Under the pieces are notes generated by a model that saw nothing but the letters and a program-made list of their open reading frames with translations, was not told the DNA's origin and did not search any database. A program made the translations under genes and the position numbers. This document shows positions 1-10,934 of a stretch of 64,000 nucleotides of DNA, piece after piece; position 1 is the first letter of the stretch, and each line of letters opens with the position of its first letter. Source of the DNA: Octopus sinensis (taxonomy: Eukaryota); assembly GCF_006345805.1 (NCBI RefSeq), contig NC_043000.1, positions 67,766,001 through 67,830,000 of the forward strand, given 5' to 3'.

Positions 1-381
1 TGTCCATAGAACATGATAATGCCTTATTTTGCTGAACACTCATTTGTCGTTCACGACAAGAGAATCCAGCCATCCACGTATGTGTGTGTGGGTGAGTGTG
101 TGGGTGTATGGTGTGTATTGCCTATCAGGCATTTCAGACAATAAAGTTTCCAAGTCCATCTTTCTCAAAAATGTTTCCAGGCTATCTCAACCTCATCTTT
201 GGGATATGGGGTAACTTTGATTTCTTTGCTGCCATTTTTATAATGGGCACATTATTATTATAAAGATTCTCCCGTCAGAACGAGGGAAAAGTTTCTTTTG
301 ATATATCTAAAAATTCTTTCGATGGCCTGATACTGTAGTTCAAAAGAAGCAACTCAATAATACACTACTCTATAAAGTTTG

Positions 382-418
<37 letters not shown>

Positions 419-877
419 GTTTAGTATTCTTACAAATGGATCTTTTCTGTCTGGCGCTAAACTTTTGAAATTTTGAAATTAAATGAAAACTTTCAAATTC
501 AGTATATTGATGTAATTTTTAACGTTGAGTCTTTTGATGTTATTTACTTGTTTCAGAAAAGTTTTTGAACAATGTTACAGCGGTTTAAAGTTTGATTATT
601 TTTATCCAATCAGAAAACAAGATTTGGAAGCTAGCAATTTCTGCGTAATAACTTTGATTAAACAAATGGAAGCTATATATTATGATATCGAAAGTTGTAA
701 GAGGTTTTTCAAAAGTTTAAATGAATGAAGTCCTGGGAAACGTTATTTAGAACAGGAAGAATCGTCAATGGATTTTTTTCTTCCGAAACATTACAAAAGG
801 ACAAACTGTTCTACTGTAGTTCGGACCATGTAAACAATTAAAAGCGAAAAGTCAAAAACGAAAGTTTGATATACACT

Positions 878-1062
878 AGGGTTATAGTTAGAGTTTATGG
901 TTGGGAAGTAGGGTTAAACTTAGGGCGCACAGTTAAAGTTAGAATTTAAGGTTGAGTTTCAAAGTTACAATTAGAGTTTAGGGCTAGAGTTAGGGATTAG
1001 CGTTAAAGTTTAAGGTTAGAATTAGGGTTCAGGGTTAGACTTAGTGCTTAGGCTTGGCGTTT
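878..1062 (+). repeat. Degenerate TTAGGG-like array (paralogs at ~7629-7810 and ~19765-19958)
   Basis: Six-base periodic ttaggg/ttagag/tttagg variants. Confidence 0.75.
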
Positions 1063-1247
1063 AAGCAAATTATAAAGAGCTATTAAACTTTTTATCGATT
1101 AATTTATGGCAAAAATGAGTTTCATCTCCATAATTAACATGCACAACTACATCAACACATCAAATTTGAAATCAATTGTAACAAAATTGAAGGGATTGAA
1201 AAGTAAAAGCCAAACAGAAGAGAACCCACAAGACTTTTAAACTTTAA

Positions 1248-2078
1248 TTAATTACCATGATAACGAAGGTGCGAATAGTCAAAAGTGCTCATATAGTTGT
1301 TCTCTTGCAAATAGTAACGTGCCTGTGTTGAATGTATCTTTGGTTCAAGGTAAGCTGTTTTTAATAAGAATTTCATGCGTTCATGAACATCATTTATGTC
1401 TATCTCCTCTCCATTATACCCTGTCAGAACTGACAAGTCATCAAACCATCTGGTGTGGAAGCCAAGTGCAATTATCCCCGTATAAAGAGCGGTTGCCGCT
1501 ACAAGACTTGGTTTATAGTAACATTTTACGCTAAGAAAGTCATCATATAGCGCTAGTTCCAATACATAGTTGGTCATACTATACAAATCGTGATGGGGTT
1601 CCAATTTGAGAATAATATGGTAATACGAAAGAAAGACATAAGGAGTAACAAAAAACGTTTTACCTCTGAAACGGTTAATAACCAAAATATATATTCTACG
1701 AAGCTCATCTATAGAAGACTCTGGGTCGACTCTGGATGTCATAGCAACAATTGCAAAACCCTCATCTGTTTTAGCATTATATATTGTGTCAAAAGCAATT
1801 TTAATACATATAGCTCCAACACATTGCAGTTTTTCGCGTGAAAACAGCGGTGACTTTTCAGAAGACAAGAATAAGTCAAATAATGTAACTGATAGGTGTA
1901 AGATATCCATAAGACCGTAGTAATAATCTACACATGATATCATCCAGTTGACCACAACCTTACGATCTTCAGGGGAAAAAATATGGCGACCTTCTCGAAA
2001 ATAATTACGGACTTTCTTCTGTCGTCTTTCCATTTCAGATATACTGCCTAAATTTCTAACAACATCTGAAAAATCCAT
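1248..2078 (-). CDS. Divergent cyclin A/B-fold protein, copy 1 (276 aa, intronless CDS)
   Basis: Cyclin box pattern DRKVVVNWM..LHLSVTLFDLFL..KLQCVG matches MRAILVDWL..LHLAVNYIDRFL..KLQLVG. Second fold NYVLELALYD..YKPSLVAATAL and terminal TQARY..ENNYMS match cyclin A/B C-termini. Frame is uninterrupted. Confidence 0.92.
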   Translation of the reverse strand: MDFSDVVRNLGSISEMERRQKKVRNYFREGRHIFSPEDRKVVVNWMISCVDYYYGLMDILHLSVTLFDLFLSSEKSPLFSREKLQCVGAICIKIAFDTIYNAKTDEGFAIVAMTSRVDPESSIDELRRIYILVINRFRGKTFFVTPYVFLSYYHIILKLEPHHDLYSMTNYVLELALYDDFLSVKCYYKPSLVAATALYTGIIALGFHTRWFDDLSVLTGYNGEEIDINDVHERMKFLLKTAYLEPKIHSTQARYYLQENNYMSTFDYSHLRYHGN

Positions 2079-2544
2079 GGTCGTTCTTCTGTGAAATTAA
2101 ACGAAATTTGCTTGTTTAGAAAGTATAGCGAGGGGTGAAGCGGCGAAAACCTCAAAAATTTATCAATTGATTACGTCATTCAAATGTAACAATCAGTAAA
2201 TGTCGTTCTATTTTATTTGAATAATTAAAATCTTCAGTTGTATTTGGATATTAAACTATTGTTCTTTAACATTTGAAGTGTATTAAATTGTTTGTTATTT
2301 ACAATATGATAGTTAAGCAATACATAACATTAAAATTTAAAAATGAATATGTTTCAGTAAAGCTTAAATTCAGTTACGAAAATAACATGGAATGTTTTAA
2401 ATCTATTTAATGCCCAAAACTATCATAATAAAGTTGCAAAGCATAACCTTTATGATATTTGGGCCTATAAAACACACAAATCATAATTCTAACTTATTTG
2501 CAAAGTTTCTCAAATGCAAATGTATGTATTTAAGCAACATATAT

Positions 2545-2691
2545 GCATACATACATATATACACACGTACGTACGTACATACATACATGCATGCATACGT
2601 ACATACATACACACATATACATGCATACATACATACATACATACACACACATGCATACATACATATACGCACACATACATACATACATACA

Positions 2692-2723
<32 letters not shown>

Positions 2724-2838
2724 CACACACATGCATACATACATACATACATACATACAACATACATACAGACATACATAAATGCATATATACATACATT
2801 CATATACACACACATGCATACACACACACGCATACACA

Positions 2839-2870
<32 letters not shown>

Positions 2871-2875
2871 CAAAC
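2545..2875. repeat. (TACA)n/(CA)n compound microsatellite
   Basis: Directly visible. A shorter paralog lies at ~10578-10668. Confidence 0.97.
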
Positions 2876-3129
2876 AAATAGAAAGACATACAGGCAGACG
2901 GGCAGGTCGACGAACAGGCAGAAAGACCGACAGACAGACAAGAAGTTAGATATAGATATTGATACAAATATATGAATATATATTTGTATACATGTACATA
3001 TGTAATATGTACGTGTGTGTTTGTATTTCTATGTTTTTATGTGTGTGTGCGTGTTTTATTTCTATGTACATACATATGCATGTGTTTATGTGTGCATCTT
3101 TGTAAATGTACATATGTGTATATGTGTGC

Positions 3130-4190
3130 ACGAGGATGATACCGAAAGTAATTGAAAGGTAAACGTGACATTTATATCAACTGTTAGGTCGTTTCAATAG
3201 TACGTGTTGGTAGAGCAAAATTTCGTCTATAGTAACTCTTCTTCTTGTTCTTCATTGCAGGCAAATAATTGATTCCAAGCAGAAATAACATACCATTATT
3301 GAATTCTTGATAGAGAGGGATGCAAGCGGTCCGACATCCATACAAAGCTACTAGTTGCTTACGGAGAGATGACGCTATTGACAAAAGTAATATACGCAGA
3401 CAGACGAAAATGTTTAAATAAGAGGAAAACAACACTTAAGACATAGCGCGCACTGGGAAAACATCAACTGCGATCATTGATACCATTCTCCAGCAACTGG
3501 ACGAATTGATTCGTTTAGTAAAAGTCACAATTCTTGAGCTTCCTGCATTGTTATCAAAATGCTTTACAGAAGAAGGTGCAAGACTGGGTATCGCAAAGTG
3601 TGTGCAAAATGGGTACATCGATTTGGAGGAGGGAAAGGGTAAAAGTCTGCTCTGAGCTGTTAGAAACATTTGAAGACAATTTTTTCCGATCTGATGACAG
3701 GAGATGAAACGTGGGCATATTTTTATTATCTACAAATGAAGATTCGGTCCATGGAATGGCGTTACATGCCTTCTCCAAGGCGTAAAACGCTCAATCTAGC
3801 GATCAGTACAGGTTTTGGGGGATGACAAAAGCGTTATTTTCCTTGATTTTCTGGAACGTATTTGTGATTTAAACTGCGAGCTGTATATTGAGACTCTCAG
3901 AAAGATTTGAGGAAATGGCCAAACAAGAATCTGAAAACGATTAACATTCACCGTGAAAATTCGTGTACGCACACATCTTTATCAACAAATCAAGTAATCT
4001 GCAAAATGGACTCGTCAGTGACCACTTTTCACCGTAAAGCTGGATTTGGCGCTCTCAACTTCCACCTGTTCAATCGAGAGTACAGTCTTTGAGGAGAATG
4101 ATTTGATGACGCAGACGACATGGGAGTGGTTACGAAGAAGTGCACACCTGAGCTTTTACAAAGATTCGAGACACACATATAAACACGTAC
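3130..4190 (+). mobile_element. Degenerate Tc1/mariner DNA transposon
   Basis: Frameshifted remnants GYRKVCAKWV (WVPHEL-like), TGDETW (first catalytic D) and a DLAPSDFHLF-like tract. Starts with a cgagg TIR-like end. Confidence 0.8.
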
Positions 4191-4191
4191 T

Positions 4192-4269
<78 letters not shown>

Positions 4270-4288
4270 GTGTGTGTGTGTAATTTTT

Positions 4289-4490
4289 TTACTTATTTCA
4301 GTCATTGGACTACGGTCATGCTGGGCCACCGCCTTGAAGGTTTAGTCGAAGGAATCTATCCAATGACTGATACCGAACCTCTAAGCGACGGGCATGTAAA
4401 CAAACCAACACCCGTTGATAAGCATTGGCATGGAACAAACACGAGCGCAGACACACACACATACACAGACGCACACACGCACACACACAC

Positions 4491-4581
<91 letters not shown>

Positions 4582-4740
4582 CGACAGGCTTCTTTCAGTT
4601 TCTGTCTACCAAATACTCTAACACGGCTTTGGTCGGACCGATGCTATAGTAGAAGACACTTGCCCAAGGTGACACGCAATTGGACTGAACCCAGAACCAT
4701 GTAGTTGGGAAGAAAGCTTCTTACCACACAGCCACGCTCA
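4289..4740 (-). mobile_element. tRNA-derived SINE (octopus type) with central microsatellites
   Basis: Reverse complement of the gtggctgtgtggtaag...ccttgggcaagtgtcttctactatag...gaaactgaaagaagcc family seen at 22812, 38361 and 49187. Confidence 0.85.
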
Positions 4741-4747
4741 TGTGTGC

Positions 4748-4866
<119 letters not shown>

Positions 4867-5259
4867 CCCAAATGTACAAAAAACAAAATACAGAAGACAG
4901 AAACAAGTGGCTCAACAACAAAGTGTATTAATTTCACGCTCAAGGAAAAATAGAAAAGCAGGTCACAAAAACTTAGGACTATTTCTTTTTTCTTTTTATT
5001 CTGTTAATATTATATGAACTTTGGTGATATACGCGAATGATATTCTTATAATATACAGTTAACATAACAGATATAATTTCTAACGTTGGCACAAGCCCAC
5101 ATATGTTAGAAGAAGATGCATATGATTGGTATTTCCTTCGTATTTTATCTTTGCCGAATAAAAGATAAAAGACAAAAATCAAACAGAGGTACACATAAAA
5201 TATATAAGGAAATTAGACTATTTTTAGTTTTGAAACATATATTGTATAAAATCCAAATG

Positions 5260-5261
<2 letters not shown>

Positions 5262-5304
<43 letters not shown>

Positions 5305-5862
5305 TACTTTTAATCTGCATATTTGTTAAGCCACTTGCCGTGACACACCCAATTTCCTGGGGCAGGTGTACGATAAGAGATGTTATAATATGACTGAAAG
5401 CTTCGTGGTGGGGGGGAGTAGCGAAATATCTTCATGTAATACAACACAGTCATTTAAAATGGATAGGGTTTTTCTAAGGATGTGGGCAGTACTTGTCAGC
5501 ACAATCTTTTGAATTTTTCTGAGACATGGTTTTCCTGGGATCTTATCTAGATGTTCCTGACATCCCTTTTTTCTATCATACCTAGTAACAGGAACAGTTC
5601 TCGTTTTAAGATGCCATATCTTCTGTATTTCAATTTCCAGGTCTTTATATTTACTTAATTTGTCAAATTCCTTGACAGATTCATTTTTATGAGTGGGAAC
5701 AATTACATCTATTAGTCTACAAGTATTTTCTTCCCTATCTTTAAAAATCACGTCTGGTCGATTATCTTTGATCGTTATGTCAGTGTTGACTGGAAAATCC
5801 CAGATAGTGACATTTTTACCTTCAATGACTGGCTCAGGATGATGTTCATACCAGCAAATATA
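5262..5862 (-). mobile_element. 3' fragment of an RLE-type non-LTR retrotransposon (R4/Dong-like) with (TAA)n tail
   Basis: WYEHHPEPVIEGKNVTIWDFPVNTD..NRPDVIFKD..LIDVIVP..KLSKYKDLEIEI..TAHILRKTLS is a PD..D..K endonuclease. Plus-strand (tta)n at 5262-5305. Confidence 0.85.
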
Positions 5863-5889
5863 TAAACTTTATTTTAAATCAGCAGAAAT

Positions 5890-5946
5890 ATAACAAAAGC
5901 TGTTACTCAGAGTTTCACGTTCCCGTTCGTCGGACAGTTTTGTTAA
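5890..5946 (-). ncRNA. Hammerhead ribozyme-like motif, type I, core variant CCGACGA
   Basis: Minus strand CUGU-CCGACGA-ACG(GGAA)CGU-GAAA-CUCUGAG-UA-ACAG. Helix I extends to about 12 bp with one bulge. Confidence 0.55.
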
Positions 5947-6519
5947 AATAGAACAGAAATAACGATATGATCAAAACTAGTCCAAAAATTCATTTTTGGA
6001 CTTTCTTCTATCGAAGGCATTTTAACAAAAATGCTTCCGTAAAGACAGTGAAAATATTGCCAATTTCCCCAAACAGGGTCACAATTCAATTTTTAAACAA
6101 TAACCAAAGCCCCTTCAACGAAAGGGGGAGGGTTACGGTTTACAATTATTTAACAAATGCAACACAACAATGTTTTCCTGACGAGGAACCAACAAACGTG
6201 ATTACAATAGTCAAGCAGTAATAATAATAACAACAAACCTTTTTAATGTATCCCCATTTATGTGAAACCACTTATTCAAGTTCAAGGTATTGACGCAATT
6301 TTATACGAATTGCTAATACACACACACACACGTAATAAGGGTGAAAAATTGAATAATACTTTGATTAATATGAATTGAAAACCAGTGGTATAGCATATAA
6401 GACCATAGCGGATCTTCTTCTAGCAAAAAGATTGACCACTTTTAATGGTTCATCCCTGTTATATAATACTTTCAGTTTAATAGTTTCAGTATTAAAATGA
6501 AAGTGTCTGCATTACAATA

Positions 6520-6718
6520 GAGAGATGTTTTTGTTTCACTTTTAACACGTAATACTGAAAAAGTGGAGAAAATATGATATTGCTGTGGGGTCGCCCTAGG
6601 AAAAGAGTTAAAATTTTTTTGCCGATGACACTCCCCGGACCTTAAGTAAGGCATGTGTAAAATTTGAATGAAATTGGTTGTGTAGTTCTCAAGTTTTAGG
6701 GAAACACACAGACAGACA

Positions 6719-6757
<39 letters not shown>

Positions 6758-6776
6758 TCTCAGTTTTATATATAGA
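6520..6776 (-). mobile_element. Non-autonomous Helitron-like 5' fragment
   Basis: Minus strand begins tctatatataaaac followed by a (GT)n tract, the same layout as 24838-25209. Confidence 0.45.
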
Positions 6777-8493
6777 GGGATAGATACACCAGTGGATTCA
6801 TAGGATATAAGTTATTCCATAGACGGCTGTTATTACTTCTAACTTATCTTCACCTGTATATAAATATATATTGCCTATCATGCGTTTATAGTTCGCTTCA
6901 AACAAAAGAGTTTCCAAGTCCATCTTTGTCAACAATGTTTCTCAACCTCATCTTCAGGATATGGAGTAAATTAGGTTTCTTTGCTGCCATTTTTATGATG
7001 AGCACATTATTATTATAAAGATTCCCCCACCAGACCGGGAAAAGCCTTTGTTCTAAAATATCTAGAAATTCTTCCGTTGGCCTCATAATGTAATTCGAAA
7101 TAAACAACTTCTACCTTATAAAGTTGTATTTGTGTGTGCGTGTGTGTGTGTGTAAGCGTGTCTGTCTCTGTGTGTGTGTGTGCGCGCGCGTGTGTGTGTG
7201 CGCGCGCGTACGAGTGCGTACGTGTGCGTGCGTGCGGGTGTGTGTGTGTGTGAGCGTGCGTGTGTGTTTATTATTTTCACAATGCAAGTCCCCAAAAGGT
7301 ATCTTTTCTGTCTGGCTTTCACGTTTTGAAATTTTTTAATTAAATGAAAATTTCCAAATTTAGTATATTGATGTAATTTTTCACGTTGAATCTGTTGCTG
7401 TTATTCACTTGTTCCAGAAAAGTTTTAGAAAAATGTTATAGCGGTTTGAAGTTTGATTATTTTTACTCAATCAGAAAACAGGGTTTAGAAGCAGGCAATT
7501 TCTGCGTAATAACTGGAAGCTATATATTATGAAAAGTTGCAAAAAGACAAACCATATGTTATACTACTATAGTCCTGTTCATGTAAACAACTAATGACGA
7601 AAATTCAAAATCGAAAGTTTGATATACACTAGAGTTAGAGTCAGATTTTAAGGTTGAGGTTTAGGGTTAAACTTAGGATGTACAGCTAGAGTTAGGATTC
7701 AGGGTTGAGCTTTAGAATTACAATTAGGGTTTAGGGTTAGAGTAGCGTTGGAGTTTAAGGTTTGACTTTGAGTTTAGGATTAGGCTTAGGGTTTAGCGTT
7801 GGTGTTTAGGGTCGCGCTAACCCGTGGATGATCTGGGGTTATTCAATTAGTAACATTTTTCGTGAACATTTTTCTAAAGTTTCTTTGGAACAAATAAATA
7901 CGAAAATCAGATTCAGTGTGAAAACTTACATCAACATACCAAATTTGAAAATTTTGAATTTCAAACATTGTCACATCAACAGAAAAGGCCCATTAGTTTT
8001 TCTGTCTAACAAAAGAATGCAAAACAAACGTTCGAACAGGAATGTAAACAATTTAAAACGGAAAAAGTCCTCAATGAAGTTTGCGAATAAATTGTAATAA
8101 TACTGTAATAAATTGTAATAATACTGTACTAATAGTTCAGTTCATGTAAACAATTAATATATTTTTTGAAGCGAAAAATCAAAAACGTAAGTTCTGAATA
8201 TCGGTACATAGGGGTTGTAATAGTTCTAAGCAGACAACAGCTTGGATTGTTACTATGGAAATAGGCAGCAATATATATGTGGCTTACGACTAGCTGAAAT
8301 TGACCAAAATAGGCAAATTTTAAAAAGCTATCAAACTTTATTAATTCATTAATTTATAGCAAAAATGAATTTCATTTCCATAATTAGCATGAATAACTAC
8401 ATCAATACACCAAATTTTAAATCAACTGTAACAAAATTGAAGGAATTGAAAAGTGAAAGCCTAAGAGAAAAAGCCCACAAAGGATTTAAACTT

Positions 8494-9312
8494 TTAATAA
8501 ATGCTTGAATAATCAATAGCACTCACATGGTTGTTCTCTGGTAAATCGTATCTTGCCTGTGTTGAATGTTCCCTTTCTTCAAGACTAGCTGATGATAATA
8601 AGAATTTCATGCGTTCATGAACAACTTGCAACTGATCCTCAAATCCATTATACCCTGTGAGATCTGACAAGTCCTCAAACCATTCGTCACGGAATTTAAA
8701 GACAATTATCCCTGTATAAAGAGCAGCTGCCGCTACAAGACTTGGTGGAAAGTAATTTCTTACGCTGAGAAAGTCATCATATAGCGCTAGTTCCACTAAA
8801 TAGTTCATCATACTATACAAATCGTGACGAGGTTCTAATTTGAGAATAATCTGGTAATACGAAACGAAGACATAGGGAGTCATAAAAAACATCCTACCAT
8901 GAAAACGTTCAGAAACCGAAATGTGCATCCTATGAAGTTCTTCTGAAGAAGACTCTGGGTCAACTCTAGATGTCATATGAATAACATCATTACCCTCATC
9001 TGTTACACGATTATATATTGTGTCAAAGGCAATTCTAAGACATGTAGCTCCAACACATTGCAGTTTTTCGCTTGAAATCGGTGGTGAGCTTCTAGAAGAC
9101 AGGAATAAGTCAAACAATGCAACTGACAGGTGGATGACATCCAAAACGCTCTCGTAATAATCTGCGCATGCTATCATCCAGTTGACCACAGCCTTACGAT
9201 CTTCAGGCTAAAAATTATGCTGACCATCTCGAAAATAATTACGGACTCTTTTTTGCCGTCTTTCCATTTCATATACATTGTTTAAATTTCTAACAACCTG
9301 TGAAAAATTCAT
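8494..9312 (-). pseudogene. Divergent cyclin A/B-fold gene, copy 2, nonsense codon at position 35
   Basis: ATG at 9312 (MNFSQVVRNL...) is in frame with the 8494-9189 ORF. TAG at 9208-9210 where copy 3 has CAG. About 76% aa identity to copy 3 by manual count. Confidence 0.88.
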
Positions 9313-9633
9313 GGTCGATCTTCTGCGAAATTAAACGAAATATCTCTCACTTGATTACGTCATTCAAACGTAACAATCAGTAAATGTCGTTCCAGTTTAT
9401 TTGAATGACCAAAATCTTAACTTGTATTTGGATATTAAACTATTTATTATTCTTTAACATTTGAAGTGTACTAAATTGATTGTTATTTACAATATGATAG
9501 TTAAGCAATATATAACCTTGAAATTATAAAACTGAACATGTGTTACAATTCAATTACGAACATAGCATGAAAATAGCTATTTAATGCCTAAACCTATCAT
9601 AATAAAATTGCAAGGCATAACCTTCATGATATT

Positions 9634-10490
9634 GTATTGTATTGGCATCCTTTCTGTCTCGGGAGACAATGGAGTTGCGCATGAAGTAGTCTAGTCCGGC
9701 TTTTATATTTCATGTCCTGATACATTTCCTGCTGTGGCTGTGTAGTCCTATCCTGGACAAACGCTCCCTCTGGCAGGTACCGCAAATGTAGCGAAGACTG
9801 TTCCTGGCTGGTTGTAGTGCCATAGTCTCTTGTTTACGTCTCTTCCTTTCTTTCCATTTCTCCTCTCTCTCTCTCTCTCTCTCTCTCTGTCACTCCTTTG
9901 TATTCCCTCTTTTACGGTACGTCGCCATTCTCCACGGTTGCCGGCAACTGCCTCCCAACCGCTAATATTGATGTTGCAGGCCTTCATGTCCCTTTTGCAA
10001 ACATCCTTGTAACGTAAGATCGGTCTACCCACAGACCTAGTACCCCTAGCAAGCTCTCCGTAGAGTATGTCCTTGGGGATTCTGCCATCTTTCATACGGC
10101 TAACATGCCCAAGCCATCTCATACGTCTTTGTGTGAGGAGTGCAAACATGCTTGGTTTTTCTGCTTGCCTGAGGACATCTTTGTTGGGGATATGATTCTG
10201 CCATTTGATGCGGAGGATTTTTCGGAGGCAGCGCAGGTGAAAGATGTTTAGGCGACGCTCTTGGCGTGTGTATAGCGTCCAGGTCTCACTTCCATACAGT
10301 AGAGTGCTGAGTACACATGCCTGGTAGATCTTCATTTTCGTGGTCTTGGTCAGCTTATTGTTGTCCCAAGCCCGTTTGGAGATTTGGGCCATCGCAGCAG
10401 CTGCCTTGCCAATGCGTATATTGAGCTCAGCGTCAAGGGATAGGTTGTAGGTGACGGTAGAGCCCAGATAGGTAAACTTCTCAAAAGTTA
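9634..10490 (-). mobile_element. 5'-truncated RTE (BovB-like) LINE with 8-bp TSD
   Basis: KFTYLGSTV..RIGKAAAAM..LLYGSETWTLY..RMRWLGHV. (CAATA)n tail. TSD atgatatt at 9626-9633 and 10491-10498. Confidence 0.93.
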
Positions 10491-10638
10491 ATGATATTTG
10501 GGCCTATAAAACACATAAATCATAATTCTAACCTATTTGCAAAGTTACTCAAACGCAAATGTGTGTATTTAAGCAACATACATACATGCATACATACATA
10601 CATACATACATACATACATACATACATACATACATACA

Positions 10639-10670
<32 letters not shown>

Positions 10671-10674
10671 CAGA

Positions 10675-10930
10675 CAGACAACCGATGCAAACTTTGTGGA
10701 GTTACCACCAAAGATATCACCCACATCATAAACAGTTGTCCGAAAATGTCATCACGGTATTGTCTACCGATGAGACATGACGTAGCTTGAACACTGTATA
10801 ACGAAATCTGTCGAAAGAACAAAGAAATGAGAACCCACAGTATGGTGGAAGCCATAGCCACTCATAATTAAAAAAGAGAGTACTAGTGGAATGTCCAAGT
10901 TACCAGTTGGATTTCAAGGCATACCAAATA
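10675..10930 (+). mobile_element. RLE-type non-LTR retrotransposon fragment (CCHC zinc knuckle)
   Basis: RCKLCGVTTKDITHIINSCP fits C-x2-C-x8-H-x4-C, followed by RHD. Confidence 0.7.
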
Positions 10931-10934
10931 TCGT

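Larger units (their letters stand above)
122..2560. repeat. Duplicated cyclin module, unit 1 (extends to mariner fossil ~4190; may continue left of window)
   Basis: Collinear homology with ~6870-9633/10491-10600 and ~19015-21805 across exon-like block, AT-rich block, TTAGGG-like array, CDS and upstream region. Confidence 0.9.
6870..10600. repeat. Duplicated cyclin module, unit 2 (interrupted by RTE insertion)
   Basis: Collinear with units 1 and 3. Homology resumes at 10491 (atgatatttgggcctataaaacac) after the RTE insert. Confidence 0.9.

Noticed and set aside
878-1062. True telomere or chromosome end
   Set aside because: The repeats are short, highly degenerate and internal to a triplicated module.
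2410-2975. Many overlapping ORFs of HTYI/MYVC/CVCV/IYIY type here and elsewhere
   Set aside because: They are translations of (TACA)n, (CA)n and (TA)n microsatellites, which lack stops in several frames.
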